Assembly (NCBI GenBank): GCA_002269645.1
Contig: NIVC01001697.1
Span: 124,001-188,000 of the forward strand
DNA: 64,000 nt
Reading direction: 5' to 3'
Source: Macrostomum lignano
Lineage: Eukaryota
The stretch's first letter is position 1. Every line of letters starts with the position of its first letter. Shown in pieces: positions 42,902 to 62,577 of this stretch. Made by a program: the position numbers and the translations under genes. Under the pieces are notes generated by a model. The model saw only the letters and a list, made by a program, of their open reading frames with translations, made no database searches and was not told the origin of the DNA.

Positions 42902-44949
42902 GCACCGGTTGAAAACGTTAACATGACTTTATTCACCAAGAACTCATTGCAAGCAACCCTCTTATGACTTTAGCACAGGGTTTGGCAAACTCTTTTTACC
43001 TCAAGGACCAAGAGAACCTAAGCGCATGACTGCGGGCCAGAGAAGGGGGGAGAAAACAGAATAGTGGGATGGCTATATTGTAAAGTTTAGGAGGCTTTGC
43101 GGAATTCATGTGACCCATGGGCGGGAGTCTGCCGACCCCTACCTGCTCTAGCAACGCTGAGGTGACTCTTGTAAATTTTAACAACTCAAATGCAACGGAG
43201 AGGCGATTGTGGAGTACAAAAAACGTGCGTCACGTGATCGTTGTAGATTCGTAGAAGAGTCACGTAAGAGTCGTTGCGTTAGCGCTTAACTTTCTACTAA
43301 CTTTTTGCCTATTATTAACCCTTTTTACCGGTTTTTGCGTGACGCGTGACTCTGGGGACCTTGGCCTGGGTACCGTTTTCATCGGGTCAGGTAGAATCTA
43401 ATCTCAGCAGTCGTGCAGCTGTAGCTCTTGAGATTTGGAGTTCAATATCATATGCAGATTTCATGTAAAACTAAATTAGGAGGTAGAAAGTTTTAAGTTT
43501 TAATCTTGAAATTTCCAATATTTTGTTTCTTTTCGCTAATTTGTCCTTTTCCCGAGGTGCACTCAACAAGTTTAGCGAGAAATCAAGTTCAGCCATCGAA
43601 AAATAAGTTATTTTTCTAGAATCTTACTACTAGAAGTAGCTCAACTTTGAGCTATAATTCCCCTATGTTTTTAATGTGACATGTTTTCTGACTAACAAAC
43701 TTTCTTTTCTGTATAAATTTAAACGACAAAAATTAAAGCAACTTTTTATAAACAAAACTGCTGTCAAAATCGAAAATTTAAACTGTTTTTACCTTTTCTC
43801 TCAATCGATTCTTATATCGCTATATTTTCTATACAGAATCAAGCTATATTTTTACTAGTATGATCCTACTAAACTACATAGTTACTACTAAATGACACTA
43901 AATGAATAAACTGTGTGACACCGAAAAAATCTATCCATATTCGATAAACTGAACCGTTTTGCCTTTCTTCGGATTTTTTAAAAATTTTTTGCGGACCCGA
44001 TCGTATCGCATATTTTAGTTTAGCCGATCGTTTAACAACAACTACAGAAGGGGGGAGGTGTCAGTCAGAACCTTTAACATTAACAGTCCTGCACATACAG
44101 ACCGTCATTAATTATATCAATTGCACGAGGGTTGCGGGCACCTTGGCGGAGCAACGCCTTCGGCGGTGACATCGTCACACAATTCCAGCGCTAGCTGGGG
44201 CATGCAATTCTACCCATATCGCTGACTCCTGAAAACAGACAAGCGCGCCAGTGCGGCCCTGCAGACTACTTTCTATTCTTCAGGCCAGCACTCTCCCGAC
44301 CTTATATCGCTAAGATTACGCATGATACAATGGACCATAGACGTAAGTTGTGATGGCCACACAGTTTGACTATGCGTAAGAGTGATCGCAACTTTACGAA
44401 AGATGCAGTTTCTCGAAATGTTCGCATGTCTATGGTACGTCTTTCGTAAGGTTAATGATCCTAACTCTACGACTGCTCTCGGGATCAATCTGAGGGACGA
44501 TTCTTTAATGCTGCAAGTGACAGCTAAGATCATGGCGACCAAGCGTCAACCCAACTTCCAAGGACCATTAGAAGAAGAAGGACGGGACACTTCGTTTCTT
44601 GGAAAATTTATTAAAGGCTGATTTTCGCGGAAAAATGTGAGATGGGGGCAAAGAAAAGAAAATTTGGTGGGGGTGTATGGGCGGTTTCTAGAACTTTGAA
44701 TTCCCGCCTTCGTTAACTCGGCACTCGTAAAGCCGGAAAGTTGCACGGATTTGTTCAAGTCGCTTTTCTCCTTTGATACTCCGTCTGCCGGGTCCTCAAT
44801 TCCGGGGGTGGGTAGTCGTAATCGCAGTCGAGCGGTCTTGAGCAGGCACGGTCGTTCAGATTGTAGACACAGCGGTCTTGACAACGTAAATTTCACTGTT
44901 CGCCTATTTGCTTAACTGTTTACTATAACAGTAGTAGAGTACAAGGACC

Positions 44950-46770
44950 ACTCACCTCTCCTCTCTTCACCTCTCTTCTCCTCCCCTCTACTCTCCTCCC
45001 CTCTCCTCTCCTCTCCTCACCTCTCCTCTCCTCACCTCTCTTCTCCTCTCCTCTCTTCATCTCTCCTCACCTCTCTTCACCTCTCCTCTCTTCACCTCTC
45101 TTCTCCTCCCCTCTCCTCTCCTCTCCTCACCTCTCCTCTCCTCACCTCTCTTCTCCTCTCCTCACCTCTCTTCTCCTCTCCTCTCTTCATCTCTCCTCTC
45201 CTCACCTCTCTTCTCCTCTCCTCTCTTCTCCTCTCCTCTCTTCACCTCTTTTTACCTCTCTTCCCCTCTCCTCACCTCTCTTCTCCCCTCACCTCTGACT
45301 TACTTGACTTAGCTGCAGGGCGGTCCGAAGACGCAGTGGGGAGGCGAGCGTCGCCCATTCCGCTAATCCCTGAAAGACCAGCATAGGCTAGGGCGCGGGG
45401 CCGGTCAGGGAGGTCTGCCGGTCCTGTCTGCAGCGTTGTCTTCGGTGGGGAAGACGGAGGCTCGCTTGGTGGCCCGGAGGAACCGGATGAGCCGTGGGAT
45501 GTTCTCGGGCCGACAAACGTCGTCTAGGGACGGGTTGGGCCCGAGGTGGTTGAGCCGGTCTCGGTTGAAGGCCGGGCAGTAGCAGACGAAGTGCTTGGCG
45601 TCTTCGTTCTCGAGGTTGCAGAAAGGGCAGAGTTCGCTCCGGCGGGCACTTCGGAGGAAACAGTGCCTGGCAAAGCAACCGTGACCTGTGAAGGCCATAG
45701 TGAGAGCGCGGATATATTTTCGATTTTCGTTCAAAAGGATTCTCCGCAGCTTGAGGGACGGATTGGGCACTGCCGCACGAGATTGGCGGCAGTTGGAGAT
45801 ACCATCCCCTCACCTCTCCTCTCCACATCTCTCTTCTCTCCTCTCCTCTCCTCTTCTCCCCTCTCCTCTCCTTACCTCTGCTCTCCTCACCTCTCCTCTC
45901 TTCACCTCTCCTCTCCTCTCCTTTTATCTCCTCTCTTCACCTCTCCTCTCATTTCCTCGTATCTCCTCTCTTCACCTCTCTTCTCCTCTCCTCACCTCTC
46001 TTCTCTCCCCTCTCCTCTCCTCTCCTCTTCTCTCCTCTCCTCACCTCTCTTCTCCTCTCCTCTCTTCATCTCTCCTCTCCTCACCTCTCTTCTCCTCCCC
46101 TCTCCTCTCCTCTCCTCTCCTCACCTCCCCTCTCCTCACCTCTCCTCTCCTCTCCTCTCCTCACCTCTCTTCTCCTCTCCTCACCTCTCTTCTCCTCCCC
46201 TCTCCTCTCCTCACCTCTCTTCTCCTCTCCTCACCTCTCTTCTCCCCTCACCTCTCCTCTCCACATCTCTCTTCTCTCCTCTCCTCTCCTCTTCTCCCCT
46301 CTCCTCTCCTTACCTCTCCTCTCCTCACCTCTCCTCTCTTCACCTCTCCTCTCCTCTCCTCTTATCTCCTCTCTTCACCTCTCTTCTCCTCACCTCTCTT
46401 CTCCTCTCCTCACCTCTCTTCTCCCCTCACCTCTCCTCTCCCTATCTCTCTTCTCCTCTTCTCCCCTCTCCTCTCCTCGTCTCCCCTATCTTCACCTCTC
46501 CTCTCCTCTCCTCTCTTCACCTCTTTTCTCCCCTTACCTCTCCTCTTCTCCCTCTCCTCTCCTCTCTTCACCTCTCTTCTCCTCTCCTCTCCTCTTCTCC
46601 CCTCTCCTCCCCTCTCCTCTCCTCACTTCACCTCTCCTCTCCTCTCCTCTCCTCACCTCTTTCTCCCCTTACCTCTCCTCTTCTCCCCTCTCTTCTCCTC
46701 TCTTCACCTCTCTTATCCTCTCCTCTCCTCTTATCTCCTCTCTTCACCTCTCTTCTCACCTCTCTTCTCG
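44950..46770. repeat. Polypyrimidine CT array, unit 3, interrupted by a LINE fragment
   Basis: Read directly. Confidence 0.95.
45297..45804 (-). mobile_element. 3'-terminal fragment (508 bp) of an I/Loa/R1-like LINE with 13-bp TSD TCCCCTCACCTCT
   Basis: LTMAFTGHGCFARH..CPFCNLENEDAKHFVCYCPAF C-terminal Cys/His motif, 3'UTR and AAGTC-type tail. Duplicated 13-mer at 45284-45296 and 45805-45817. Empty site near 37930 in unit 2. Clade assignment is approximate. Confidence 0.82.
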
Positions 46771-47399
46771 AATCAGCTTGATACAGCGCAGGCTCCGAGC
46801 AGCCATCCACACTTTGCCAGGTTTTCTCAGGCAGTTAAAAAAGAGTTTGTTAAAGCCGGTTTTAACTGGAAGCAAGCGTGAGCCAACCATGCTATGCGAT
46901 TTCATTAATAATTTAAACGGCAAATGAAACAGCGAGAGAGTTGGAGTGGACGACAGCATGAAAGGCTGCTCCAGACGGAGTCTGGTTCTCTTCTAACTAA
47001 ATAGGAGAAGAGCTACCATCAGGAGCCTCTCGTTTGTCCCTATGGTGCGGGGCCAAGCCTGGAGTGTGGCTATTTTATAACAAAAAATTAGATTCATTCA
47101 AATTTTCTCAGCTTGGAAACGTTTGGCATTTGTAGCACAAATTTATTCACATTACAAATAGTTATAATTAACTGTTTTCGATCGAATAAAATGCTAGAAA
47201 ATCTTACTGTAAAAGATGAAGCCTTAGCTACAGTTGATGGTAGGGGTTGTGGCACTATAAGGATAATAAGGATAAATCCTTGAAAAACGCTATAAGGATA
47301 GGACAAAATTTTCCATGTAATAATATGATAATTGATTACTCCTGTCCTAATGGGCAGATGTGCAACCGACAGCTCAGCCGCAGCTATTGCTGTTACGGT

Positions 47400-47615
47400 C
47401 ACGGCTGTTCAGTCCAAGGACTGGGGGTCCCACACACACCCTCAATTACCCCAGCTAGCTAATGGCACCCATTTTACAGCTGGGTGAACTGAAGCAACGC
47501 AGAGTTATAGTGTAAGTGTCTTGCTCAAGGACGCAAATTGTTCCAGTTGGATCGGGAATCGAACCCCTGACCTTCAAGTCGTGAGTCCGACGCTCTAACC
47601 ACTAGGCTACAACCC
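47400..47615 (-). mobile_element. tRNA-derived CORE-type SINE, unit 3
   Basis: Paralog of 29820-30030. Confidence 0.8.
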
Positions 47616-48419
47616 TCAACATGTATGCATTACCTGTAAACCTGTACCTGCAACTTCAAAACGATAAGCAGCAAAAACACAAAACTTCATACTCTTCTTC
47701 ATTGGCATCTTTCCACTCAAAGAACCCTTAGCCTACATGCACTTCTGCCAACACCACACGAGCCCCGCACCTCCTCCTCCATGTTGAAGTGCAATGAAAA
47801 CTTTATTCATGAAACAATCTCGAGGCCATTTTTATATTGTTGACTTATATCGAAAAATTTGAAATCAAGATCGAATAGAGATTAAAAACGGATCCAGACA
47901 CTTCCTTGTCGAGGCTCAAGACAAGTCAGCACAAAGCTATTTTGAGCTTGCCACAACTGCAAAAGCTACTCAGCAGCAATACTTAGTAAGCTCATTAAAA
48001 GCTTTCTGACAACCAGAGTAAAAAAAAGTTAAAAAATCCCTTTGTTCGCCCAAAATCGGCTTGAGTCAGAATGAGTTGATTACTGATGCAGAGTTGAGGC
48101 CCGTTTGGCCGCAGCATCCTGCAACTTGCCATCATCTCATCGAGAATGCTTATAATGCCACCAATTTACTCTCAACTGCCGCATGACAGGCAAAGTTTCT
48201 CTCTATATTCCGAAGCTAATTAGCTACTGTCTTGGGATGGTTTCCATGGAGACGAGGACAACAAATTCTATTCGCTGGATAGCCCAGCCAGCCAACAGGA
48301 AAATGCAGCTGAGACACTATATTTAGAGCTGCAATTACTCACTGGCTTAGCGACTTTCCTGGCTTAGAAGCATCTACCAATCTACCTCGATAACCAAGCC
48401 CTGCTGTCAGCGTCTTGGA

Positions 48420-50796
48420 ATGACACTTCACGAAGTTGCCATAACCTTGGCAGTGCTGATTTCATTCGCCGACGGTACATCTTTTGTCTTCGACAAGAGG
48501 CCGGACCTGTGCCACAATGCTGCCACTGCAGCTGAGAGTCCGCGCAAACTGCTTGGCGTTGCCGATCCTCGAGTGTGCGCTGTCGAATGCGCGAGCAACA
48601 CGACTCTGTGCTCAGTGTATGAGTACTCGCCTAGCAACAGGTCATGCATTCTTGGAAACAGCTGCGACCTGCTGCTTTTCTGGCAACACAGCGGCGGACC
48701 GGCCTGCAACACGCAGGTGCTGCGAGGCGCAGCAGACTGTGAGACTGCGTCAGTGACTCCGACTACGAGTTCAATTCTGACGACCTCGACTCCGACTGCG
48801 ACTCCGACCACTACAACTCCGACTACGACCACCACCACGACCCCGACGGCGACCACTACGACTCCGACTCCGACCACCACCACGACTCCGACTACTACAA
48901 CCACCACGACTCCAACTACGACCACCACGACTCCGACTACGACCACCACCACGACTCCGACTACGACCACTACGACTCCTACTACGACCACTACAACTCC
49001 GACTACGACCACTACGACTCCGACTACGACCACTACGACTCCGACTACGACCACTACAACTCCGACTACGACCACCACCACGACTCCGACTACGACCACC
49101 ATGACTCCGACTACGACCACTACAACTCCGACTACGACCACCACCACGACTCCGACTACGACCACCACGACTCCGACTACGACCACTACGACTCCGACTA
49201 CAACCACCACGACTCCGACTACTACAACCACCACGACTCCGACTACAACCACGACTCCGACTACGACCACCACCACGACTCCGACTACTACAACCACCAC
49301 GACTCCAACTACGACCACCACGACTCCGACTACTACAACCACCACAACTCCGACTACTACAACCACCACGACTCCAACTACGACCACCACGACTCCGACT
49401 ACGACCACCACGACTCCGACTACGACCACTACGACAACCACTACAACTCCTGCTCCAATGGTAGTAACAGGTAGGCATAAAAAGAATTTTAGCATACGGA
49501 AGTATTAAGAAGCAAAAGTTTATATTTAAACCGAGCCTTCAGCTGGAAATACTCGCAGAAAAAGCTTAAGGATGGTCTCGCAGTCATACGGCTTAAACTT
49601 TTCCATGATGAAATGTTTTTAAACCACTGGTTCTGAGCTCGTCCATAGAGACTCCCTCAATCACCCCCAACAAAAATTGCTATCTTACTTAAAGCTAAAT
49701 AAAAAAGAGGTACGAGCTATCCGAAACTGGACGAAAGACAGGCAGCTCAACTTGTGGCTCCTCTTGGATGACATCCCCGCCAGCAGGGGAGACAGGGGCG
49801 CCCGCAGAGCTCAATGTTCAGTTTTTCAGGATTTTTTGCTAGAAATTTCCTACATACTGAAATTGAAATTTCGAATTTCAAATGAATCAAGGGTCTGTTT
49901 ATCAAGTTTATAAAGTTTATCAAGCTGCATTTTCTCTGAAAATGCTACAGAGAAAAGACTAAGTACATGTATTTTTAGTGCAGCGTCCATCTAATTTTGT
50001 TGTCCAATGAATTTATATTTATTGCATAACTTCGAATCGTCAATTTAAATTTTCAGTGCCAACCTCGGGTTCAAAACAACATGGAACACCGGTGAACTAC
50101 ACGCCCCCTGTGGACAATGCCTGCTATCGGTTCGAAGCGCGTGGTGCCAAAGGAGGTTCCGGAAGTGCAGCCGGTGGCAACGGGGCTATAAAAATTGCCC
50201 ACTTTATCCTAAACAGCTCTCAGACGTTGACTATTGTTGTCGGAAAACCCGGAAACGATGGCAATGGCGGCGGCGGAGGAGGCGGCACTTTCGTCTACAC
50301 GAGTGGCGGCAGTCCCGTCCTGCTGCTGGCGGCCGGAGGAGGAGGAGGCGGAGGAGACGTCAGCTCGGCTACAGGCAGCCCTGGAAACAGTTCGACCGGC
50401 GGCTGCTCCGGAAACGCGGGAAGCAACCCGTCCGGAAATAACTGCGGCGCCGGCGGTGCAGGATGGCAATCACCTGGAACTCCACCCGGGGGCAGCCAGT
50501 GTGGCACCGTTGGAAGTAACTTGGCAGGAGGTGATGGCGGATCAGGAGGCGGCTTTGGTGGCTACGGTGGTGGAGGCGGTGGAGGCCGAACAACTGGTGG
50601 ACCAAATAAGGCCGGAGGCGGCGGCGGCGGTGGCTACTGCGGCGGCTCCGGCGGCCCATCGGGCAGTCCAGGTGGCGGCGGCTCCAGCTATGCAGCTGCT
50701 TCAGCTAAGCAAGTTTCAGGAACGGATGGAGGCAACACCGAATCTGATGGGAAGGTAGACATATCTATTGTGGCTGGCTCTTTCTGCACACCATGA
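48420..50796 (+). CDS. PAN-mucin-GRD gene copy 3 (exons 48420-49470, 50057-50796; ~596 aa), intact and more diverged
   Basis: Same splice sites and phase as copy 1, a shorter and different Thr tract, and only in-frame indels in the GRD. Confidence 0.85.
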
Positions 50797-53412
50797 GCAC
50801 TCGTTGAAAACGTTAACATGACTTTATTTGCTAAGAACTCATTGCAAACAACCCTCTTATGACTTTAGCACAGGGGTTAACAAACTCTATTACCTGATCA
50901 AGGGCCAAAAGAGAACCTAGCGCATGCATGACTGCGGGCTAGAGGAGGGGAGAGAAAACAAAAAGGAGTTAATGAAGATAAATTCCAATTGAGCGGGCGC
51001 GGGATGGCTATATTGTAAAGTTTCGAAGGACCTGATCCGTGAGGGCCTGATAGAGAGGCCCACGGGCCAGAGTTTGCCTTGTAAATTCTAAGACTCAAAT
51101 GCAACGGAAGAGGCGAGTGTGGAGTACAAAACGCGCGTCACGTGATCGTTTTCTATTTTATATTCGAGACACGGAAAAGTCGCTGCGTTAGCGATTAACT
51201 CTCTACTAACTCAAAAGTAGGCCAATTAGAGTTTAGTAGTCTAGATCTACACTACGCAGTTTAGCAACTCTAGAACTCCTGAAATGCGACTCTACGGTTC
51301 CAGATTTATTTATAAAAGTGTCCTAGAGTCACTTGCGTCACCTGGGATTCGTTTCATCAGTGTCTTAGAAAATCAAACGCCTTAAAGTGACTCTTTAGGC
51401 GACTTTTACCGTGACATCTCGTCGCGTTACAGTCGTCACAGTACACTTTTCTCTCGTATTTTACCTGTGTTACCTGCAACAACTCCGGCGGGATGCAAGT
51501 GACTCTGGGGACGCTTCTTGGCCTGGGGTAAATTAGGAGGTAGGAAGAAGTTTTCAGTTTTTTTATCTTGAAATTTCTAATATTTTGTTTCGTTTTGGTT
51601 TTGCGCCTTTCCCGAGGTGCACTCAACAAGTTTAGCGAGAATTCGGTCGAAAGTAAAAGAAACTTGATTGTGATAAGTTTGATTGCTCTTCGAAGTAAAT
51701 TGTGTACTAGTGGAAGATAAAACATACACTTTGAAGGGGATATTTGTGTATAATTATACAATTTATGAAAATAGCTCCCGAAAAGGGCACGTTTCATCTC
51801 ATAAATCATACACAAAAAAATTTTTTACGGGATATTACTGAATATACGAGCCCGTAGTATCACCCAATAAAGTCCTGAGGAATTTGTGTTTTATCAGTAA
51901 ACAAATAACACAAATTCTGACTTTGCCAGTGATTAAGTTATCTTTCTAGAATCTTACTACTAGAAGTAGCTAAACTTTGAGCTATAAACCCCCCCCCCTT
52001 TGTTTTTAATGTGACATGCTTTTTATGACAAATTATATACATTTAAACGACAAAAATTAAAGCATCTCTTTATAAACGAAACTGCTGTCAAAATCGAAAA
52101 TTTAAACTTTTTTACTTTTTCTTTTTAACATTTTTCTCTCAATTGATTCTTATATAGAGTCGAAGAATCGCTATATTTCTATACAGAATCAACCTATATT
52201 TTTACTAGTATGATCTACTATAACTACACATAATTACTACTCTATTACACTAAAAGAATAAACTGTGCGATAAAAAATCTATCCATATTCGATAAACTGC
52301 AACGTTTTGCCTTTCTTCGGATTTTTTTACAATTTTTACGGACCCGATCGAATCGCATATTTTAATTTAGCCGATCGTTTAACAACAACTACAGAAGGGG
52401 GAGGTGTCAGTCAGAACCTTTAACATTGACAGTCCTGCACATACAGACCGTTATTAATTATATGTAGTTTCTCGAAACGTTAGTATGTCTATGGTCTTTC
52501 GTAAGGTTGACCTTAACTCTACGACTGCTCGGGACCTGTCGTAAGAAGCACTTTTGGGACCTATCTGAGGGGCGCTATCTTCAATGCTTCAAGTGACAGC
52601 TGAGATCATGGCGACCAAGCGTCACCCCAACTTCTTCAGAATCTATGGAGATCAAGGAACGAAAGCTCAAGTATGAGAAAGAGAGAAAGAATAGACCGGA
52701 TGGACAGTGGACAGGCTAAGAAGAGCAGCGAAGGACAGACAATGATGTCGGAAGCTGGTGCATACATGGATGCGCCCACGGCCATGACGGCTACAATAAA
52801 GAAGATACCATTTTCAACATAATTTGCGAGTTTTCCTTTCCGAGTTGACTAAGAAGTCCTTGACTTCTATTCTTCTCCGGTTGAAACCCACAGCAGCCAG
52901 TCCGCTCAGGATGTCTATGGCCAAAAGTCTGACCCGGAAAAATCAAACTTGGCGCTGTATAAAAACACAAATATAGAAATGAAAAAGGCAGACCAGCACA
53001 ACTTAATAAAGTTAATATGTGATAATTAGACTTTTATTTCTAACAGTAGAACATATCCAGGTGTTGAATTAAAGTTAGCAAATTCAGGTACTGTTCTCGC
53101 TTATATTTCTCCACCACAAACAGATTAGCACAAGGATAAAAAATACGAACCCTCGAGTTTATAGTCCGTTGAGATGATACTCGTATATATTATTCTAAAC
53201 AGTTGGTTCCAAGTCTCTTCTCTTTCAACTGACACTGCACTTGTCGTACACAGCGAGTTTTTTAATACATTCACTACAATGATAATAATAGCTAATAGTA
53301 TAGTCTTAGTTGTAACAGATTTATAGGCAGAGTTTTCTAACTGATAAATTCAATCATATTCCAAAGCAAAAAGCCCACTAGTTAGAGTTTAGAATTCATC
53401 ATCATCTATCTA

Positions 53413-61641
<8,229 letters not shown>

Positions 61642-62577
61642 TTCTTTATTAGCTGCTTAAATAACGCAAAATGTAGGCAATCAATTCGAAACAAAAATTT
61701 AGGAGTTTATATTCAGACAAGATACAGATCTGCACTGCTGTGCTGCGCTGATGGTAAAAATTAATTATATTAAAAAGTAATAAAAACCTGCAACCAAAAA
61801 CTTTGCAAAGCACCGTCTGCAGAAGTATATTATCTGAAAAACCTAGTAAAATAAAAATATCATTGACTTCTGTTTACATTTAGTAGATTAAATGTGTCGT
61901 TTTCATTACCTGTATAGTGTTGTTTGTTAAAATGCGTACAAGTTCGGCTTTTTTAGATTTTTTAGGTAAACATACTTTAGATATATTTTTAGTGGCGAAG
62001 ATATTTAAATTCATCATATATTGATAAATCCAAAGTACTAATACACACTATCAAATAACGCTTGCTTATTATTGTATTTTATCACCACTGCGCCTATTTT
62101 AAAACCAATTACACCCATCATGAAACTATTCCAAGCATAAAGTTAAGTACTAATTAAGTTTTCATATATTTTGCATCCACATGCATAAAACTGTATTTTG
62201 ATGACTATCCACATAGCTTGTTAAGGAAATAATCAACAAATCAACAAGCATGCAGCTCGAGATTGCACATTCAAATGAAACATGTAGTTCATAATACATG
62301 TAAATAGTAACGACTAGACAACTGCAGTAGTGAATTAATTTACATGTATTAAGTAGCTTTCTTACACTGAGAACTATAGTCCAGGACAAAGATAGCCATC
62401 GAATTTCTAAACCATTGATAATAGGTGCCGAAATAAGTTATGCGAAGAAAAACTGACTAAAGCAGTGAAGCCTTCGTATCGAGTACATGTAAATACATTT
62501 TAGCAAAACAAGTCGCCTTCTGCGGCTATATTTAATGCACAAAGTCAACAAGATATTGTGGTAGCACCGAAATACAG

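Larger units (their letters stand above)
28170..52635 (+). repeat. Tandem segmental triplication: unit 1 ~28170-37665, unit 2 ~37666-44950, unit 3 ~44951-52635
   Basis: Same order in each unit: CT array, conserved flank (GAATCAGC...CTCCGAGCAGCCATCC), SINE, gene, 3' flank to GGCGACCAAGCGTCA. Gene starts are 7349 and 8126 bp apart. Boundaries approximate. Confidence 0.92.

Noticed and set aside
28067-46881. Long Leu/Ser/Pro-rich and Arg/Glu/Gly-rich ORFs
   Set aside because: Translations of polypyrimidine arrays that cannot contain stops on the CT strand
32953-49495. Poly-Val and Arg/Ser/Gly/Cys ORFs on the minus strand (three sets)
   Set aside because: Reverse-complement readings of the Thr-codon tracts
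52640-52810. Lys/Glu-rich coding-like stretch after unit 3
   Set aside because: In-frame stop, no recognisable motif, no clear splice sites
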